Shown: positions 1 through 9,471, counted from the stretch's first letter. The stretch: 40,225 nucleotides of DNA from an uncultured Candidatus Bathyarchaeia archaeon (GCA_964559155.1 CAZLHA010000003.1:1-40225), one strand, 5' to 3'. Translations and numbers: made by a program. The notes: generated by a model not told the origin, from the sequence alone.

Positions 1-449
1 TGATTCAATGCCAGCCTGCCCGTCTTTAACCACCATGCCTTCGAGTATATTTCACCGTCTTCGAGGGCTTCCCTGATGATGTCCTGTTCCCGTTCGAGCT
101 TTGTCAGCCTTGAAGGCGTCAGGCCGAGCTCAAGACATAGCTCTTCTTTGGTGCATCCTCTTTTCATGGCGGCGAGGATACCTTCGGCCATGATTTCAAT
201 GCCGGTTTTTTCTTTGTCCTCCGGTTCTTCGCCTTCCTCTTCTGTCTCGGCGGCAAGTTCACGGCTGGCGCTGATCTTGTTCCTGTTCATCTGCGTTTCT
301 GTCGCATCGTCACCGAGCTTCTCATCTTTGACTTCCATCACGATGTTCTGGATGTTGTGTTTGAGACGGGTGTTCTTCTTCTCTTCATCCTCGACCATAA
401 ACGGAAGGTGCGTATCGGCTTTTTTCTTTTTGTTCTCTGCTCTATTCAT
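1..449 (-). CDS. Partial CDS (C-terminus off window): HTH-containing protein, small-terminase-like or regulatory
   Basis: Absent from the ORF track because it runs off the window. I checked every codon of the minus frame from ATG 449-447 down to position 3 and found no stop. The ATG overlaps the stop of the upstream ATPase gene (ATGAATAG). Translation starts MNRAENKKKKADTHLPFMVEDEEKK. The visible end ...CTKEELCLELGLTPSRLTKLEREQDIIREALEDGEIYSKAWWLKTGRLAL resembles the HTH segment of HTH-type small terminases and phage regulators. Confidence 0.5.
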   Translation of the reverse strand, partial: MNRAENKKKKADTHLPFMVEDEEKKNTRLKHNIQNIVMEVKDEKLGDDATETQMNRNKISASRELAAETEEEGEEPEDKEKTGIEIMAEGILAAMKRGCTKEELCLELGLTPSRLTKLEREQDIIREALEDGEIYSKAWWLKTGRLALN

Positions 450-2364
450 TGGCTTTCCCAACTTTTAGTTTTTTGTTCTTTGCAACAAATAAATATATCT
501 GCTGCGACTCTGTATCTATTATATCAAGAACACTCTCTGCATTGTCAATAAAAATTGGACATTTTACCCCGTAATGAGATGAAAGTGTTGATATTATATC
601 AAGCCCGACATTGATTTTTGATCCGTTATTCAACCCTCTGTTGAATGGTACGCCGTTATATGTTGTTTCGCAGATAGGCCGGATGCCTCCATTGACTTGC
701 ACCTTGAACAGATTGAATCTTGCGAGGTTGAATTTTGAATTGATATTTTCCTGTATGTTTTCAGCTTTTCGGGTCTCGGCGATTCCGACCTCATATAATT
801 GCCTTTCGAGCATCTCGATCTTTTTGGCAAGCGCCTTTTCTTCTTTTTCGAGCTCTCCTATTCTTTGTCTGGATTTCTGCCCGGCCTCATATTCCGCCTT
901 TGCTCTTTCAAGCTGAGACATCTGGGCCTTGAGGGTCATTTTCTTGTCTTCGAGGCCGTTAATTTCCTGTTCCAAGGCACCATCTTTTTTCATATTGTTT
1001 TTTTCTTCTTCGAGGCTTTCGATTTTATCTTCGATTTCGCTGAAAGATTTTTCCTCAATCTTTTCATATTGCTCCCGTTGTTGTTGCAGCTTTGCTTTGA
1101 GCTCGGTTTTGCGCTTGAGCGCGTCTTCTCCGGCAGCGGATAAGGCCGATATTTTTTCCCGGGCGGCCTCTCTTTCTTTTTTGAGCCGCTTGCCTTCCTG
1201 GACGATTCTGTCAATCTTCTCAGCCTTTTTTTCGTTCAGGGTGAGCATCTTGTACGCCCTCATTTCTTCAGGCATATACTGGCCGCATTCAGGGCAATAG
1301 AGCAGGCTTTCTTCCGTGTAGAGCTTCCCTTGTTCCTCGTAATATTCTTTTTTCTTTTGTTCGATCCGCTCGGTGAGGTCGGCAAAACGCTTTTCCTGTT
1401 CATCTATTTTTTCAGACGATTCTTCCGCTTTCTCTTGCTGATCTCCAATATCATCTTTTGTCCGGCCTATTGCGGCAGAGAGATCCTCTTTTTCTTCTTC
1501 TCGTTTTCGTTGTATCTTCTTCTGCAGCCGGTCTATTTCTTCGTCAATTTCATACGTTCTCTGGCCGACATCCCCGCCAGAGTTGGTTTTTAACCTTGTG
1601 ATTTCTCTGTCCAAGCTTTCAATTTTTTCATGCAGCGTATCAATATCCTTCTGTTCGACCTGCTCAATTCCTTTGATAGCATTGTAAAGCTCATCTATCC
1701 GGTGCGGGATGGCGATTTTTTCTTCTTCCATCTTGGATTTCTGGCTGTTTATTTTATTGCGAAGGTCATCTATTGTGGCGTCCTTCGACATGATTTCTGC
1801 GAGCGAGTCGAAGCCTTCGTCCTGAATGATCTTATAATCGCTTTTTGGTTCGGCCATCTCGTTCAATATTTCTCTCGCTTTTTTCCAGTGTAACGAATTG
1901 AACGCCATGGGGTCAGAGAGTAACCACAGCATGTCCTCGGATATGATATTCTCTGAAACGAATTCTTTGTATTCGCTTTCTTTTTTGGCGAATCCGTTAA
2001 TTAGGTATTTTGTCGTGTGCCCCGTGATCTCGTCATGTTCGGATGAATTTTTCTTTGTCCATTTTTCTTTAAACACCTTCTGCAGCTCAACACTTTCATC
2101 CCAAGAGGCATCGTTTAATTCAATGGTTACAACCGTTTCTATCCGGTGGATGTGCTCTCCGTCCGGTGTGAGCGGTTTTATGGAAAAGGATGATGTACTG
2201 GCCCCGGTGCTGTCCTTGTCCGTCAGAATCCATGATACGGCGTCCATAATCGTTGTTTTACCGGCTCCGTTCGTTCCGGATATGACCATATCCTGCCCGT
2301 CGAAATTATGCTCAAAAGATTTGAGGCCCTTGAAGTTTTCGATTTTGATTCTATGTATTTCCAT
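442..2364 (-). CDS. Rad50/SbcC-like coiled-coil ATPase with zinc-hook-like motif
   Basis: Track ORF 442..2475. The likely start is ATG 2364 (MEIHRIKIENFKGL), preceded by GGAGAGGG. It has Walker A GTNGAGKTT and about 450 aa of E/K/L-rich coiled coil with a central CPECG motif. The C-terminus carries a Walker B/D-loop, PIFIDNAES. Confidence 0.75.
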   Translation of the reverse strand: MEIHRIKIENFKGLKSFEHNFDGQDMVISGTNGAGKTTIMDAVSWILTDKDSTGASTSSFSIKPLTPDGEHIHRIETVVTIELNDASWDESVELQKVFKEKWTKKNSSEHDEITGHTTKYLINGFAKKESEYKEFVSENIISEDMLWLLSDPMAFNSLHWKKAREILNEMAEPKSDYKIIQDEGFDSLAEIMSKDATIDDLRNKINSQKSKMEEEKIAIPHRIDELYNAIKGIEQVEQKDIDTLHEKIESLDREITRLKTNSGGDVGQRTYEIDEEIDRLQKKIQRKREEEKEDLSAAIGRTKDDIGDQQEKAEESSEKIDEQEKRFADLTERIEQKKKEYYEEQGKLYTEESLLYCPECGQYMPEEMRAYKMLTLNEKKAEKIDRIVQEGKRLKKEREAAREKISALSAAGEDALKRKTELKAKLQQQREQYEKIEEKSFSEIEDKIESLEEEKNNMKKDGALEQEINGLEDKKMTLKAQMSQLERAKAEYEAGQKSRQRIGELEKEEKALAKKIEMLERQLYEVGIAETRKAENIQENINSKFNLARFNLFKVQVNGGIRPICETTYNGVPFNRGLNNGSKINVGLDIISTLSSHYGVKCPIFIDNAESVLDIIDTESQQIYLFVAKNKKLKVGKANE

Positions 2365-2596
2365 TTTCCCTCTCCTTCCTTTTTTTGTTATTAATTGCGG
2401 TCGTGATTGCCCGCGTTTTTTCGTTTTTGGTTGCGTTAAACCAAAATACAGGGGTGGTTTTAGTTTTTTTTGCAAACCGTTTGGCCTTTGGGTACGATAC
2501 GAAGGTTTTTTGCCTTAAAATGACGCTGACATATTGCTGTGAAATGTTCAAGAACTCGGCCATTTCTGCTTGTGAGTATTTAGTCTGCTTTTTCAA
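2351..2596 (-). CDS. Small helix-turn-helix DNA-binding protein
   Basis: 81-aa ORF with a TTG start. SQAEMAEFLNISQQYVSVIL looks like an HTH, and the C-terminus is basic. It is first in the leftward operon and overlaps the ATPase start by 14 nt. The start codon is uncertain. Confidence 0.4.
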   Translation of the reverse strand: MKKQTKYSQAEMAEFLNISQQYVSVILRQKTFVSYPKAKRFAKKTKTTPVFWFNATKNEKTRAITTAINNKKRKERENGNT

Positions 2597-2632
2597 TTTT
2601 TTGTCCTGATTTTGTCAACATTACTAATATCA

Positions 2633-2661
2633 ATAGTAACATATAGCCGATTTTTTGTAAA
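2633..2661 (-). promoter_or_regulatory. Putative sigma70-type promoter for the leftward operon
   Basis: Minus strand reads TTTACA, then 17 nt, then TACTAT, about 37 nt upstream of the TTG start at 2596. Confidence 0.35.
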
Positions 2662-2676
2662 CTTCTATTTTTGTTG

Positions 2677-2705
2677 TTGACACGTTTTTAAAAAGTCGTT
2701 ATGAA
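2677..2705 (+). promoter_or_regulatory. Putative sigma70-type promoter for the late (terminase) operon
   Basis: TTGACA (2677-2682), a 17-nt spacer, then TATGAA (2700-2705), 42 nt upstream of the terminase ATG. Confidence 0.4.
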
Positions 2706-2747
2706 TCGAATAGGTTATATTGATTTTTTCAATAAATCGAGACGCGT

Positions 2748-4346
2748 ATGGACGATATAAAGGCGATCAAAACTCTCAGTGATTCGGATAAAATAAATAT
2801 CTTGGCGGAACGATGTCGTCAGAGTTTCTTCGCCTTCTTTCAGATGTTCTGGGAAGAGAGCGGCACAGAAGGACATGATTGTGTTTATAACTGGCACATT
2901 GCCTATCTTTGTCAGGAATTTGAAGCTGTCTATCAACAGGTCGTATCCCGAACCCCAAAAAAATACGATATAATTATTAACATTTCACCCGGCACGACCA
3001 AAAGCACTATCGCTACAAGAATGTTCCCTGCATGGGTCTGGACAAAGGCGCCATGGCTGTCGTTTATTTGCGGCAGTCACGCATGGCCGCTCTCGCTCGA
3101 ACTGAGCGGAGATTGCCGGGAGCTCGTTCGATCCACCAAGTACAAGTCATTGTTTCCATATCTTAAAATTAAAAAGGACAAAGATACAAAGTCTATATTT
3201 CAGATTCAGTTCACACGAACCGGAGGCAAAGGCCGATGGCGGAATGGCGGGTACAGATACGCAACCTCGGTCGGCAGTAACCCGATAGGCATGCACGGTG
3301 ATTTTCATATCATAGATGATCCGCTTGATCCGGAATCCAGCCTGAGCCAGACAGATGTCGATATGGCTAACAGATGGCTGACGCAAACATTGTCAACACG
3401 AAAGACAGACAAGCTCGTAACACCTCTGGTGCTGGTAATGCAGCGACTTGGCATTGAAGATCCGTCCGAACATATCAAGCAGAAAAAAGGGATAGAAAAT
3501 ATCCGTCATATCTGTTTGCCGGGAGAATATACGGAAGACATCAAGCCCAAGGCTCTGAAGAAGTTTTATCAGAACAAGGAACGGGTTTTCGATCCGATCA
3601 GAATGCCCCGAACCGTCCTCATGGCGATGAGACAGGAGCTGGGAGAGTTTGGTTATGCGGGCCAGATTCTGCAACGGCCCATACCAAAGGGCGGCGCATT
3701 ATTTCATCCGGAGAACATCAAGAGTGTTCAGGACGTAAGCGAACTGGAGCCGATGGCGACCCGGGTTATAACCGTAAGGTACTGGGACAAAGCCGGTACG
3801 GAAACGACAAACAAGAACGCACAGGCCTATTCTGTTGGTATTAAAATGTCTTACTGGTCGGCCAAAACAGGCAAGCGGGCGTTCTTCTGCATAGAGGATG
3901 TCCAGAGAGGGCAATGGCCGGTTGACCGCAGAGAAGAGAACATTGACTCTACTGCACATTTAGATGGTGGTGATGTGCTGATATACACGGAGCAGGAGCC
4001 GGGGAGTGGTGGTAAAGAAAGCGCGGAGTCAACCGTTAAAAGGCTTGTCAGTAAAGGGTTCAGGGCATACAAAGATATCCCGACCGGAGACAAGGTTAAG
4101 CGGGCTGATCCATTTGCTGTTGCTGTGAACCAAGGCCTTGTTTACATGATTGACAGTTCTTGGAACAAAGATTTTGTTTATGAAATGAAATATTTCCCGA
4201 ACATAAAGATAAAAGATCAGATTGACGCATGCTCCGGTGCTTTTGGGGTTGTCTCAAAGAAAGCAAGATCCGCAGGTACATGGGGCAGAAGAGCAAGGGG
4301 TGATAGTAAAAGAAACTATGTCGGCCCGAAAATAAAAGCCGCGTAA
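2748..4346 (+). CDS. terL: Terminase large subunit
   Basis: 532 aa. Walker A-like NISPGTTKST and Walker B-like FHIIDDPLDPE, with a C-terminal nuclease-type region (YTEQEPGSGG...DQIDA). Lies immediately upstream of the portal gene. Confidence 0.88.
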   Translation: MDDIKAIKTLSDSDKINILAERCRQSFFAFFQMFWEESGTEGHDCVYNWHIAYLCQEFEAVYQQVVSRTPKKYDIIINISPGTTKSTIATRMFPAWVWTKAPWLSFICGSHAWPLSLELSGDCRELVRSTKYKSLFPYLKIKKDKDTKSIFQIQFTRTGGKGRWRNGGYRYATSVGSNPIGMHGDFHIIDDPLDPESSLSQTDVDMANRWLTQTLSTRKTDKLVTPLVLVMQRLGIEDPSEHIKQKKGIENIRHICLPGEYTEDIKPKALKKFYQNKERVFDPIRMPRTVLMAMRQELGEFGYAGQILQRPIPKGGALFHPENIKSVQDVSELEPMATRVITVRYWDKAGTETTNKNAQAYSVGIKMSYWSAKTGKRAFFCIEDVQRGQWPVDRREENIDSTAHLDGGDVLIYTEQEPGSGGKESAESTVKRLVSKGFRAYKDIPTGDKVKRADPFAVAVNQGLVYMIDSSWNKDFVYEMKYFPNIKIKDQIDACSGAFGVVSKKARSAGTWGRRARGDSKRNYVGPKIKAA

Positions 4347-4355
4347 GGAGAGATT

Positions 4356-5729
4356 TTGGCACAAAAAAGCAAGAACAAAGATAAAGAAACGACCGGAGCT
4401 TTGGCGAGAAGCTTTGGTGCGCTTTCGAGCATTATACGTGAGAGACTTTCTTCATTGCTCGGGCAGGACACGTTCAGTGGCGACAGAAACATATATACTG
4501 CGCTCGGATATCCGACGACGATTGATTATGAAGATTATTATCTTCGATTTAAGCGGGACGGGATAGCCAAAAGGATCGTTCTTGCCCCTGTTCAGGGATG
4601 CTGGCAAACATCTCCAAGCATCCAGAGTGACGATAAGGGATTTGAAGAGGCTGCCCGGCAGATAATTAAACGACATAATTTGTGGCAGAAAATGAAACGG
4701 ATTGATACGCTTCTTGGTATCGGTACTTACGGAGTTCTTCTTCTCGGTTTTGATGATGTCAACAATATGGGAGATTTTCAAAAGCCTGTTGCACAAGGGG
4801 CTAACCTTATATATATGAGGCCATACAGTTCTGATACCGCATCCATAATATCGTATGTCAGGGACGTAAGCGACCCGAGATACGGGCTGCCCGAGAAATA
4901 CAGCATTGCGTTCGATACCCCGAGAGACCAGCAGACACAATCATATCACGTGTCCGTTCATCATTCGAGGGTGGTGCATATAGTAGAGAACCCTATTGTT
5001 AATAGTGTTTTCGGGGCGCCACGGCTTGAGCCGGTTTATAATAGGTTGATAGACATCGAACGGGTTATGGGCGGGTCGAGCGAAATGTTCTGGCGAGGCG
5101 CCTTCCCCGGACAAGCTTTCGTAATGGACAAAGACGCTGAAATAGGGCCTCAGACAGAGGATGAAATCGAAGAACAGCTTGATGAATATGTTCACAATCT
5201 CAGGCGGTTCCTCCAGCTAAAAGGCATGGAGGTCAAGAATCTTTCAGGTCATATCTCGGACCCGATCAATCATATCCGGATACAATTTCAGGGGATATCA
5301 GCCACGACAGGTATACCAATGAGAATCCTGACAGGCTCCGAAAGAGGTGAGCTCGCTTCTACGCAGGACGAAAGCGCATGGAATATACAGCTTCATGAAA
5401 GACGACAGAACTTTGTCGATGTCGATATTATCCGGAATTTCTTCGATACAATGATTCGATATGGTAATCTGCCGGAGGCCCCGTACAAGGTGGTCTGGGA
5501 CGACCTCTGGATGCCGTCGAAGAAAGAGGTGGCAGACATTGCCAAGAAGCAGGCTGAAGCCCTTGCGAGATATTCAGAAAGCATCAATTCAAGTCTTGTC
5601 GTCCCGCCGCATATTTTCTTGAGAGAGATTTTGCAGCTTGAAGAATCAGTTGTGGAAAAGATAACCACAGAGTCAGGTGGCATGATATCAAGGGAGCAGG
5701 CTGAAATGGAAGAGATCGAGGACGTATAA
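4356..5729 (+). CDS. Portal protein (DUF1073-like)
   Basis: TTG start after AAGGAGAG. 457 aa, located between the terminase and the Mu-F-like gene. The N-terminal YTALGYPTTIDYEDYYLRFKRDGIAKRIV segment resembles DUF1073-type portals. The call rests on position plus remembered family resemblance. Confidence 0.75.
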   Translation: MAQKSKNKDKETTGALARSFGALSSIIRERLSSLLGQDTFSGDRNIYTALGYPTTIDYEDYYLRFKRDGIAKRIVLAPVQGCWQTSPSIQSDDKGFEEAARQIIKRHNLWQKMKRIDTLLGIGTYGVLLLGFDDVNNMGDFQKPVAQGANLIYMRPYSSDTASIISYVRDVSDPRYGLPEKYSIAFDTPRDQQTQSYHVSVHHSRVVHIVENPIVNSVFGAPRLEPVYNRLIDIERVMGGSSEMFWRGAFPGQAFVMDKDAEIGPQTEDEIEEQLDEYVHNLRRFLQLKGMEVKNLSGHISDPINHIRIQFQGISATTGIPMRILTGSERGELASTQDESAWNIQLHERRQNFVDVDIIRNFFDTMIRYGNLPEAPYKVVWDDLWMPSKKEVADIAKKQAEALARYSESINSSLVVPPHIFLREILQLEESVVEKITTESGGMISREQAEMEEIEDV

Positions 5730-6595
5730 TGGGCAACCCGGCTTTAATCCTGAACATCAACGACTATGACCCGACAGGTACGCTTCATATCCGGGATCAG
5801 TTTTCCGGTAAGATGCGAAGATGCTTTCGGTGGTTAAGAGGGCGTGTGAATTATGCGCTTGTCGAGAAGGATGTTTTCGGGATGATAGGCAATGTCGAAG
5901 TCTCTCCCGGACAGTTTCGGTTTAACCTTGACAAGGATAAAATACAGGCGTTCATGGCTTGGTTTGCGAATGAGATGAGGGTCGGCATCCTCGAAGGAGG
6001 GGCCGCATTTATAGAAGGAGGTCGGTTCTATCAGGAAAGCTGGATGGATCAATATCTTGGCGCCGCTTATGAGAAAGGTGTTGTCAGGGCTCGTCAGGAG
6101 CTGGTGAACGCAGGATATCCCGTCCAAACGATAGAACAGGCAGGCGGGTTAAGCGCGGTTATGTCTCAGCAGGTTCATATAAACAGAACAGCCTTGATCT
6201 ATATGAGAGCATACGAAGAATTAAAAGGCATCACCGCTGTCACAGGGCAGCAGGTCTCTCGTGAGCTTGCAGATGGCATGGCCCAAGGGCTTCATCCAAG
6301 ACAGATTGCCTCGAATATTAACAAGAATGTCGAAAGCATTACAAAGAAAAGGTCTGTGCTGCTCGCCAGAACGGAAACGATCAGAAGTCATCACATGGCG
6401 AATATGGCAGAGTATAGGGCCGCGCAGGTTATGGGTATAAAAATCAGGGCAGAGTTTCAGACAGCAGGGCACGGTGTTTGTCAGAAGTGCATTGAGATTG
6501 AACGAGAGAATCCGTACACGCTTGACGAGGCTGAAAGGTTAATTCCAGTTCATCCGGATTGTAGATGCGTTGCATTACCTTTACTACAAAAATAA
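5729..6595 (+). CDS. Head morphogenesis / minor capsid protein, Phage_Mu_F (SPP1 gp7) family
   Basis: TAATG coupling to the portal gene. Carries the LLARTETIRSHHMANMAEY motif and a C-terminal PVHPDCRCV, both typical of Mu-F-like proteins. Confidence 0.82.
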   Translation: MGNPALILNINDYDPTGTLHIRDQFSGKMRRCFRWLRGRVNYALVEKDVFGMIGNVEVSPGQFRFNLDKDKIQAFMAWFANEMRVGILEGGAAFIEGGRFYQESWMDQYLGAAYEKGVVRARQELVNAGYPVQTIEQAGGLSAVMSQQVHINRTALIYMRAYEELKGITAVTGQQVSRELADGMAQGLHPRQIASNINKNVESITKKRSVLLARTETIRSHHMANMAEYRAAQVMGIKIRAEFQTAGHGVCQKCIEIERENPYTLDEAERLIPVHPDCRCVALPLLQK

Positions 6596-6613
6596 AGAAA
6601 TAAAAGGAGTGTC

Positions 6614-6919
6614 ATGATAACTCAAGCCAAAAAATTAGGCCGATCAGCATCAAGCGCAGAAGGCCTTCGGATAATCGAAGCCCCGGACGGAGAGATCCTT
6701 GTCAAAGGCAAGCCGGGCTCTGTGACACTATCCAAGCATCGAATAGTTGAAATCCCGGACGGCTATCTGCCTGAAGATGCGGAGACTGACCCGGTGAAGG
6801 CTAAGAAAGCACTGGAGGACAGAATTAAGCGCGGTGAAATGACAAAGGCAGAGATCAGCATTCTCCGGCCAATAACTGGAGAGGTGAAGGTCACTGAGGA
6901 GCCGGTAATTAAGAAATGA
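6614..6919 (+). CDS. Hypothetical protein
   Basis: 101-aa ORF preceded by AAGGAG, co-oriented in the head module. No motif recognised. Confidence 0.5.
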   Translation: MITQAKKLGRSASSAEGLRIIEAPDGEILVKGKPGSVTLSKHRIVEIPDGYLPEDAETDPVKAKKALEDRIKRGEMTKAEISILRPITGEVKVTEEPVIKK

Positions 6920-7320
6920 TTTCAAACCGCAAAATAACCGGCAAGCTCGTACCATGGTGGGATGTTGTTTCTATTATCCGGCCATACACGTCTGATCCGT
7001 ATCCGGCCAAGCGGCTTCAGTACCTCCTGCCGGACGCTGATACAATCCGGTATCTGCTGCATAAGAGTAAGGCGTGGAAGTACGAGTATGACAAAGAAAC
7101 CCGCACCTGCGACGATGCCTGCAATATTTTCAAGGGTTTCCTGTCCAGGAAAGGCTTAGGGCACATTTTAGCGATGAAATGCCGGATTAAGAAACCTGCG
7201 TGGGATGATGCACATGAAGCAATCGGGTTTCTCCGAGATGGCGTTATCCGGTTCGGGGAGCCGCAAACTGCAAGTTTCCCGGCGTATCATGATGCGCCGA
7301 TTCAATGGGTAAGTTTTTAG
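6916..7320 (+). CDS. Hypothetical protein
   Basis: 134-aa ORF with a 4-nt ATGA overlap to the upstream gene. No motif recognised. Confidence 0.5.
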   Translation: MISNRKITGKLVPWWDVVSIIRPYTSDPYPAKRLQYLLPDADTIRYLLHKSKAWKYEYDKETRTCDDACNIFKGFLSRKGLGHILAMKCRIKKPAWDDAHEAIGFLRDGVIRFGEPQTASFPAYHDAPIQWVSF

Positions 7321-7332
7321 AGGATTAAAAAT

Positions 7333-8904
7333 ATGCCAATACCATCAAAAAGACAGGACGAGAGCAGCGAAGAATTCATCGAAAGATGCATGGCCGACGA
7401 TGTAATGAAAGAAGAATACCCTGACAGGGATCAACGGTACGCCGTCTGTTCTCAGCAGATAGGAAACGCCAGAGGCTTAGTCTCCGCTGATATTGTGAGC
7501 AATTCAAGGTATGTCGCTTCAACGCATTACATGGGTTCGGAAAAATGTCTTGTGGCCCCTGTAACGATCATGGTCGAGGGCGAGCATTGCGGGAGCGCAG
7601 GCCCTTTGTTTTATGAGCAGGACATCCTGCAATCGTATGCAGAACAATGGGACATGGTGCCGCTTGCGCTGAACCATCCGAGGCGAGGCGATGATCTTGT
7701 TTCGATAGGGTATGATTCCGATATTTATGACGGGCACTTTCTCGGTTGGCTGAGGAACACATATTATGAAGAAACAACGGACGGTGTGCCAGCCATTAAA
7801 GGCTATGCATGGTTTTCAATCGACAGGCTTTTGAGGCTGAGTCCGAATTTATACGCAAGGGTTTTAGATGGTAATCAGATAGAGGTCAGCACTGGCCTTT
7901 TCCATAATGTCGAAGGCAACCGGGTTGTCTCTATGGAGCCTGATCATCTTGCAATATTGCCGCATGCTGTCGGCGCATGCAGCGTTGAAGACGGATGTGG
8001 CATAAGAGTTAATGCAAAAGGAGGTGATGCAATGGATAAGGAGAAAAAGAAGGATGTTGCCCTTTTCTATCATATCCCTGACATCTATAAAGAGAATGTT
8101 TTTGCCGGTATGGAAGGCAAGGATTATTCTCAGATAATGGATATTGTCCATCGGTCGATAGATGAGATGGATATAGAGAATGAGAAGGTGAATTACGTCC
8201 GGAAAGTTTATGATGATTATGTCATCTATTTTGAACAGAACAGAAACCGGGAGGACAGACTTTTAAAAAGAGAGTATTCCCTGTCAGAAAACGGGGATCT
8301 TTCTTGGGAGTCTGATCCCGTACCCGTAAGGGAAAAGGTCTCTTACGAGGAGATTGGAACAGCAACTTCTTCTAACGAAGAAACAGAAACGGAGGTAACA
8401 AACGATATGAGCAACGATAAAAAGAAAGACAAAGAGCTTGATGGCAACGAAGAGGTATCTTGCTGCCCTGAAAAAGTTCAGACTCTTATCGACAATGAGG
8501 TTTTCTCAGAAGATGACAGAGAATATCTCAAGAATCAGTCTGAAGAAAAGATTGACAAATGGCTTGATCTCATTGCCGACAATGAAGAGGGCACCTCGGC
8601 TGAAACAGAGGAAAAGATTCAGTCCGTGAATGAACTGCCGGAGAATCTTTCGCCTGAGCTGAGAGAAGGCATCGAGTACGGCCAGAAGCTCTTGAACAAG
8701 AGAAAAGGCGAGTTCAAGAAAACCATCCTTGACAACACGAAGCAGTTTACCAACGACGAGTTGGACAAGATGGATTTTAACATGCTTGAAAAGGTTGCTA
8801 ACGCTATCAAGAAGCCGGTTTATCTTGGCGAAGAAGGCGAAGTTGATTTCTCTGCCAACGAGCAGGCGCCCCTTGAAGAAGTGACCATGGACAGCATCAA
8901 ATAA
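7333..8904 (+). CDS. Putative capsid scaffold / prohead maturation protein (DUF2213-like N-domain, acidic C-terminal half)
   Basis: GAGGA RBS. The N-terminal SEEFIERCMADDVMKEEYPDRDQRYAVC motif and ...VPLALNHP segment resemble phage DUF2213 proteins. The C-terminal 250 aa is E/D/K-rich and helical, like a scaffold. Positioned upstream of the capsid gene. Confidence 0.5.
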   Translation: MPIPSKRQDESSEEFIERCMADDVMKEEYPDRDQRYAVCSQQIGNARGLVSADIVSNSRYVASTHYMGSEKCLVAPVTIMVEGEHCGSAGPLFYEQDILQSYAEQWDMVPLALNHPRRGDDLVSIGYDSDIYDGHFLGWLRNTYYEETTDGVPAIKGYAWFSIDRLLRLSPNLYARVLDGNQIEVSTGLFHNVEGNRVVSMEPDHLAILPHAVGACSVEDGCGIRVNAKGGDAMDKEKKKDVALFYHIPDIYKENVFAGMEGKDYSQIMDIVHRSIDEMDIENEKVNYVRKVYDDYVIYFEQNRNREDRLLKREYSLSENGDLSWESDPVPVREKVSYEEIGTATSSNEETETEVTNDMSNDKKKDKELDGNEEVSCCPEKVQTLIDNEVFSEDDREYLKNQSEEKIDKWLDLIADNEEGTSAETEEKIQSVNELPENLSPELREGIEYGQKLLNKRKGEFKKTILDNTKQFTNDELDKMDFNMLEKVANAIKKPVYLGEEGEVDFSANEQAPLEEVTMDSIK

Positions 8905-8934
8905 TTTAACTTTTAATTTGGAGGGCTTATTAAT

Positions 8935-9471
8935 ATGAGTACATCTACTTATAAAACTGTAATTGTTAAGCAGAATGAAGCTCAGAGAGCGCAGGAGGAG
9001 CTGACCGCTGTCTCCACGATTTATCCCGGCGCTCTTGTTGAGATCACCTCTGCAGGCAAGGTACAGCATCATTCAAACGTTGCACAGAACGCAGCTATCA
9101 AGTTTGCGCTTGAGGACAATCTTCAGGGCGAAGGTCTTGATGACACCTATGCCGCAGACGATGTGGTTCAGGTATGGACTCCTCAGCGCGGTGATATGGT
9201 TTTCGCTGTTCTGAATGACGGAGAGGATATCAGCATCGGTGATTTCCTTGAGTCTGCCGGGAATGGTTTCCTGCAGAAGCATGTCGCTGATATTGCTGAA
9301 GGCGGAAGCTCTGCCGAGTCGGTTTCTGACACCACGATTTATGCACATGCAATCGTGGGTATCGCCAGAGAGGCGCTTAACCTTTCAGGATCAAGCGGTG
9401 CAGAGAGCTCCGGCGGTGTTGGCGAGATGATCGGCGACTGGGGTCGAAGAATACTCATTGAAGTATTGTAA
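8935..9471 (+). CDS. Putative head decoration / capsid-associated protein (DUF2190-like)
   Basis: GGAGGG RBS. 178 aa, located between the scaffold-like and major capsid genes. PGALVEITSAGKVQHHS resembles the DUF2190 family. Contains an S/G-rich segment, LSGSSGAESSGG. Confidence 0.4.
   Translation: MSTSTYKTVIVKQNEAQRAQEELTAVSTIYPGALVEITSAGKVQHHSNVAQNAAIKFALEDNLQGEGLDDTYAADDVVQVWTPQRGDMVFAVLNDGEDISIGDFLESAGNGFLQKHVADIAEGGSSAESVSDTTIYAHAIVGIAREALNLSGSSGAESSGGVGEMIGDWGRRILIEVL

Noticed and set aside
2365-2475. N-terminal 37-aa extension of the ATPase ORF (MQKKLKPPLYFG...)
   Set aside because: It overlaps the upstream HTH gene. The internal ATG at 2364 has a GGAGAGGG RBS and gives the canonical Rad50-type N-terminus MEIHRIKIENF.
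76-2518. Seven plus-strand ORFs (76..468, 611..916, 799..1143, 929..1300, 1330..1593, 1630..1893, 1898..2518) opposite the leftward operon
   Set aside because: Their translations are S/F/L/C-rich low complexity, the typical antisense shadow of E/K-rich coiled-coil codons. They have no RBS and are completely covered by motif-bearing minus-strand genes.
8506-9072. 188-aa minus-strand ORF spanning the scaffold/decoration junction; likewise 11117..11671, 11341..11733 and 20072..20521
   Set aside because: All are antisense to tightly coupled plus-strand genes, with low-complexity or hydrophobic nonsense composition and no RBS.
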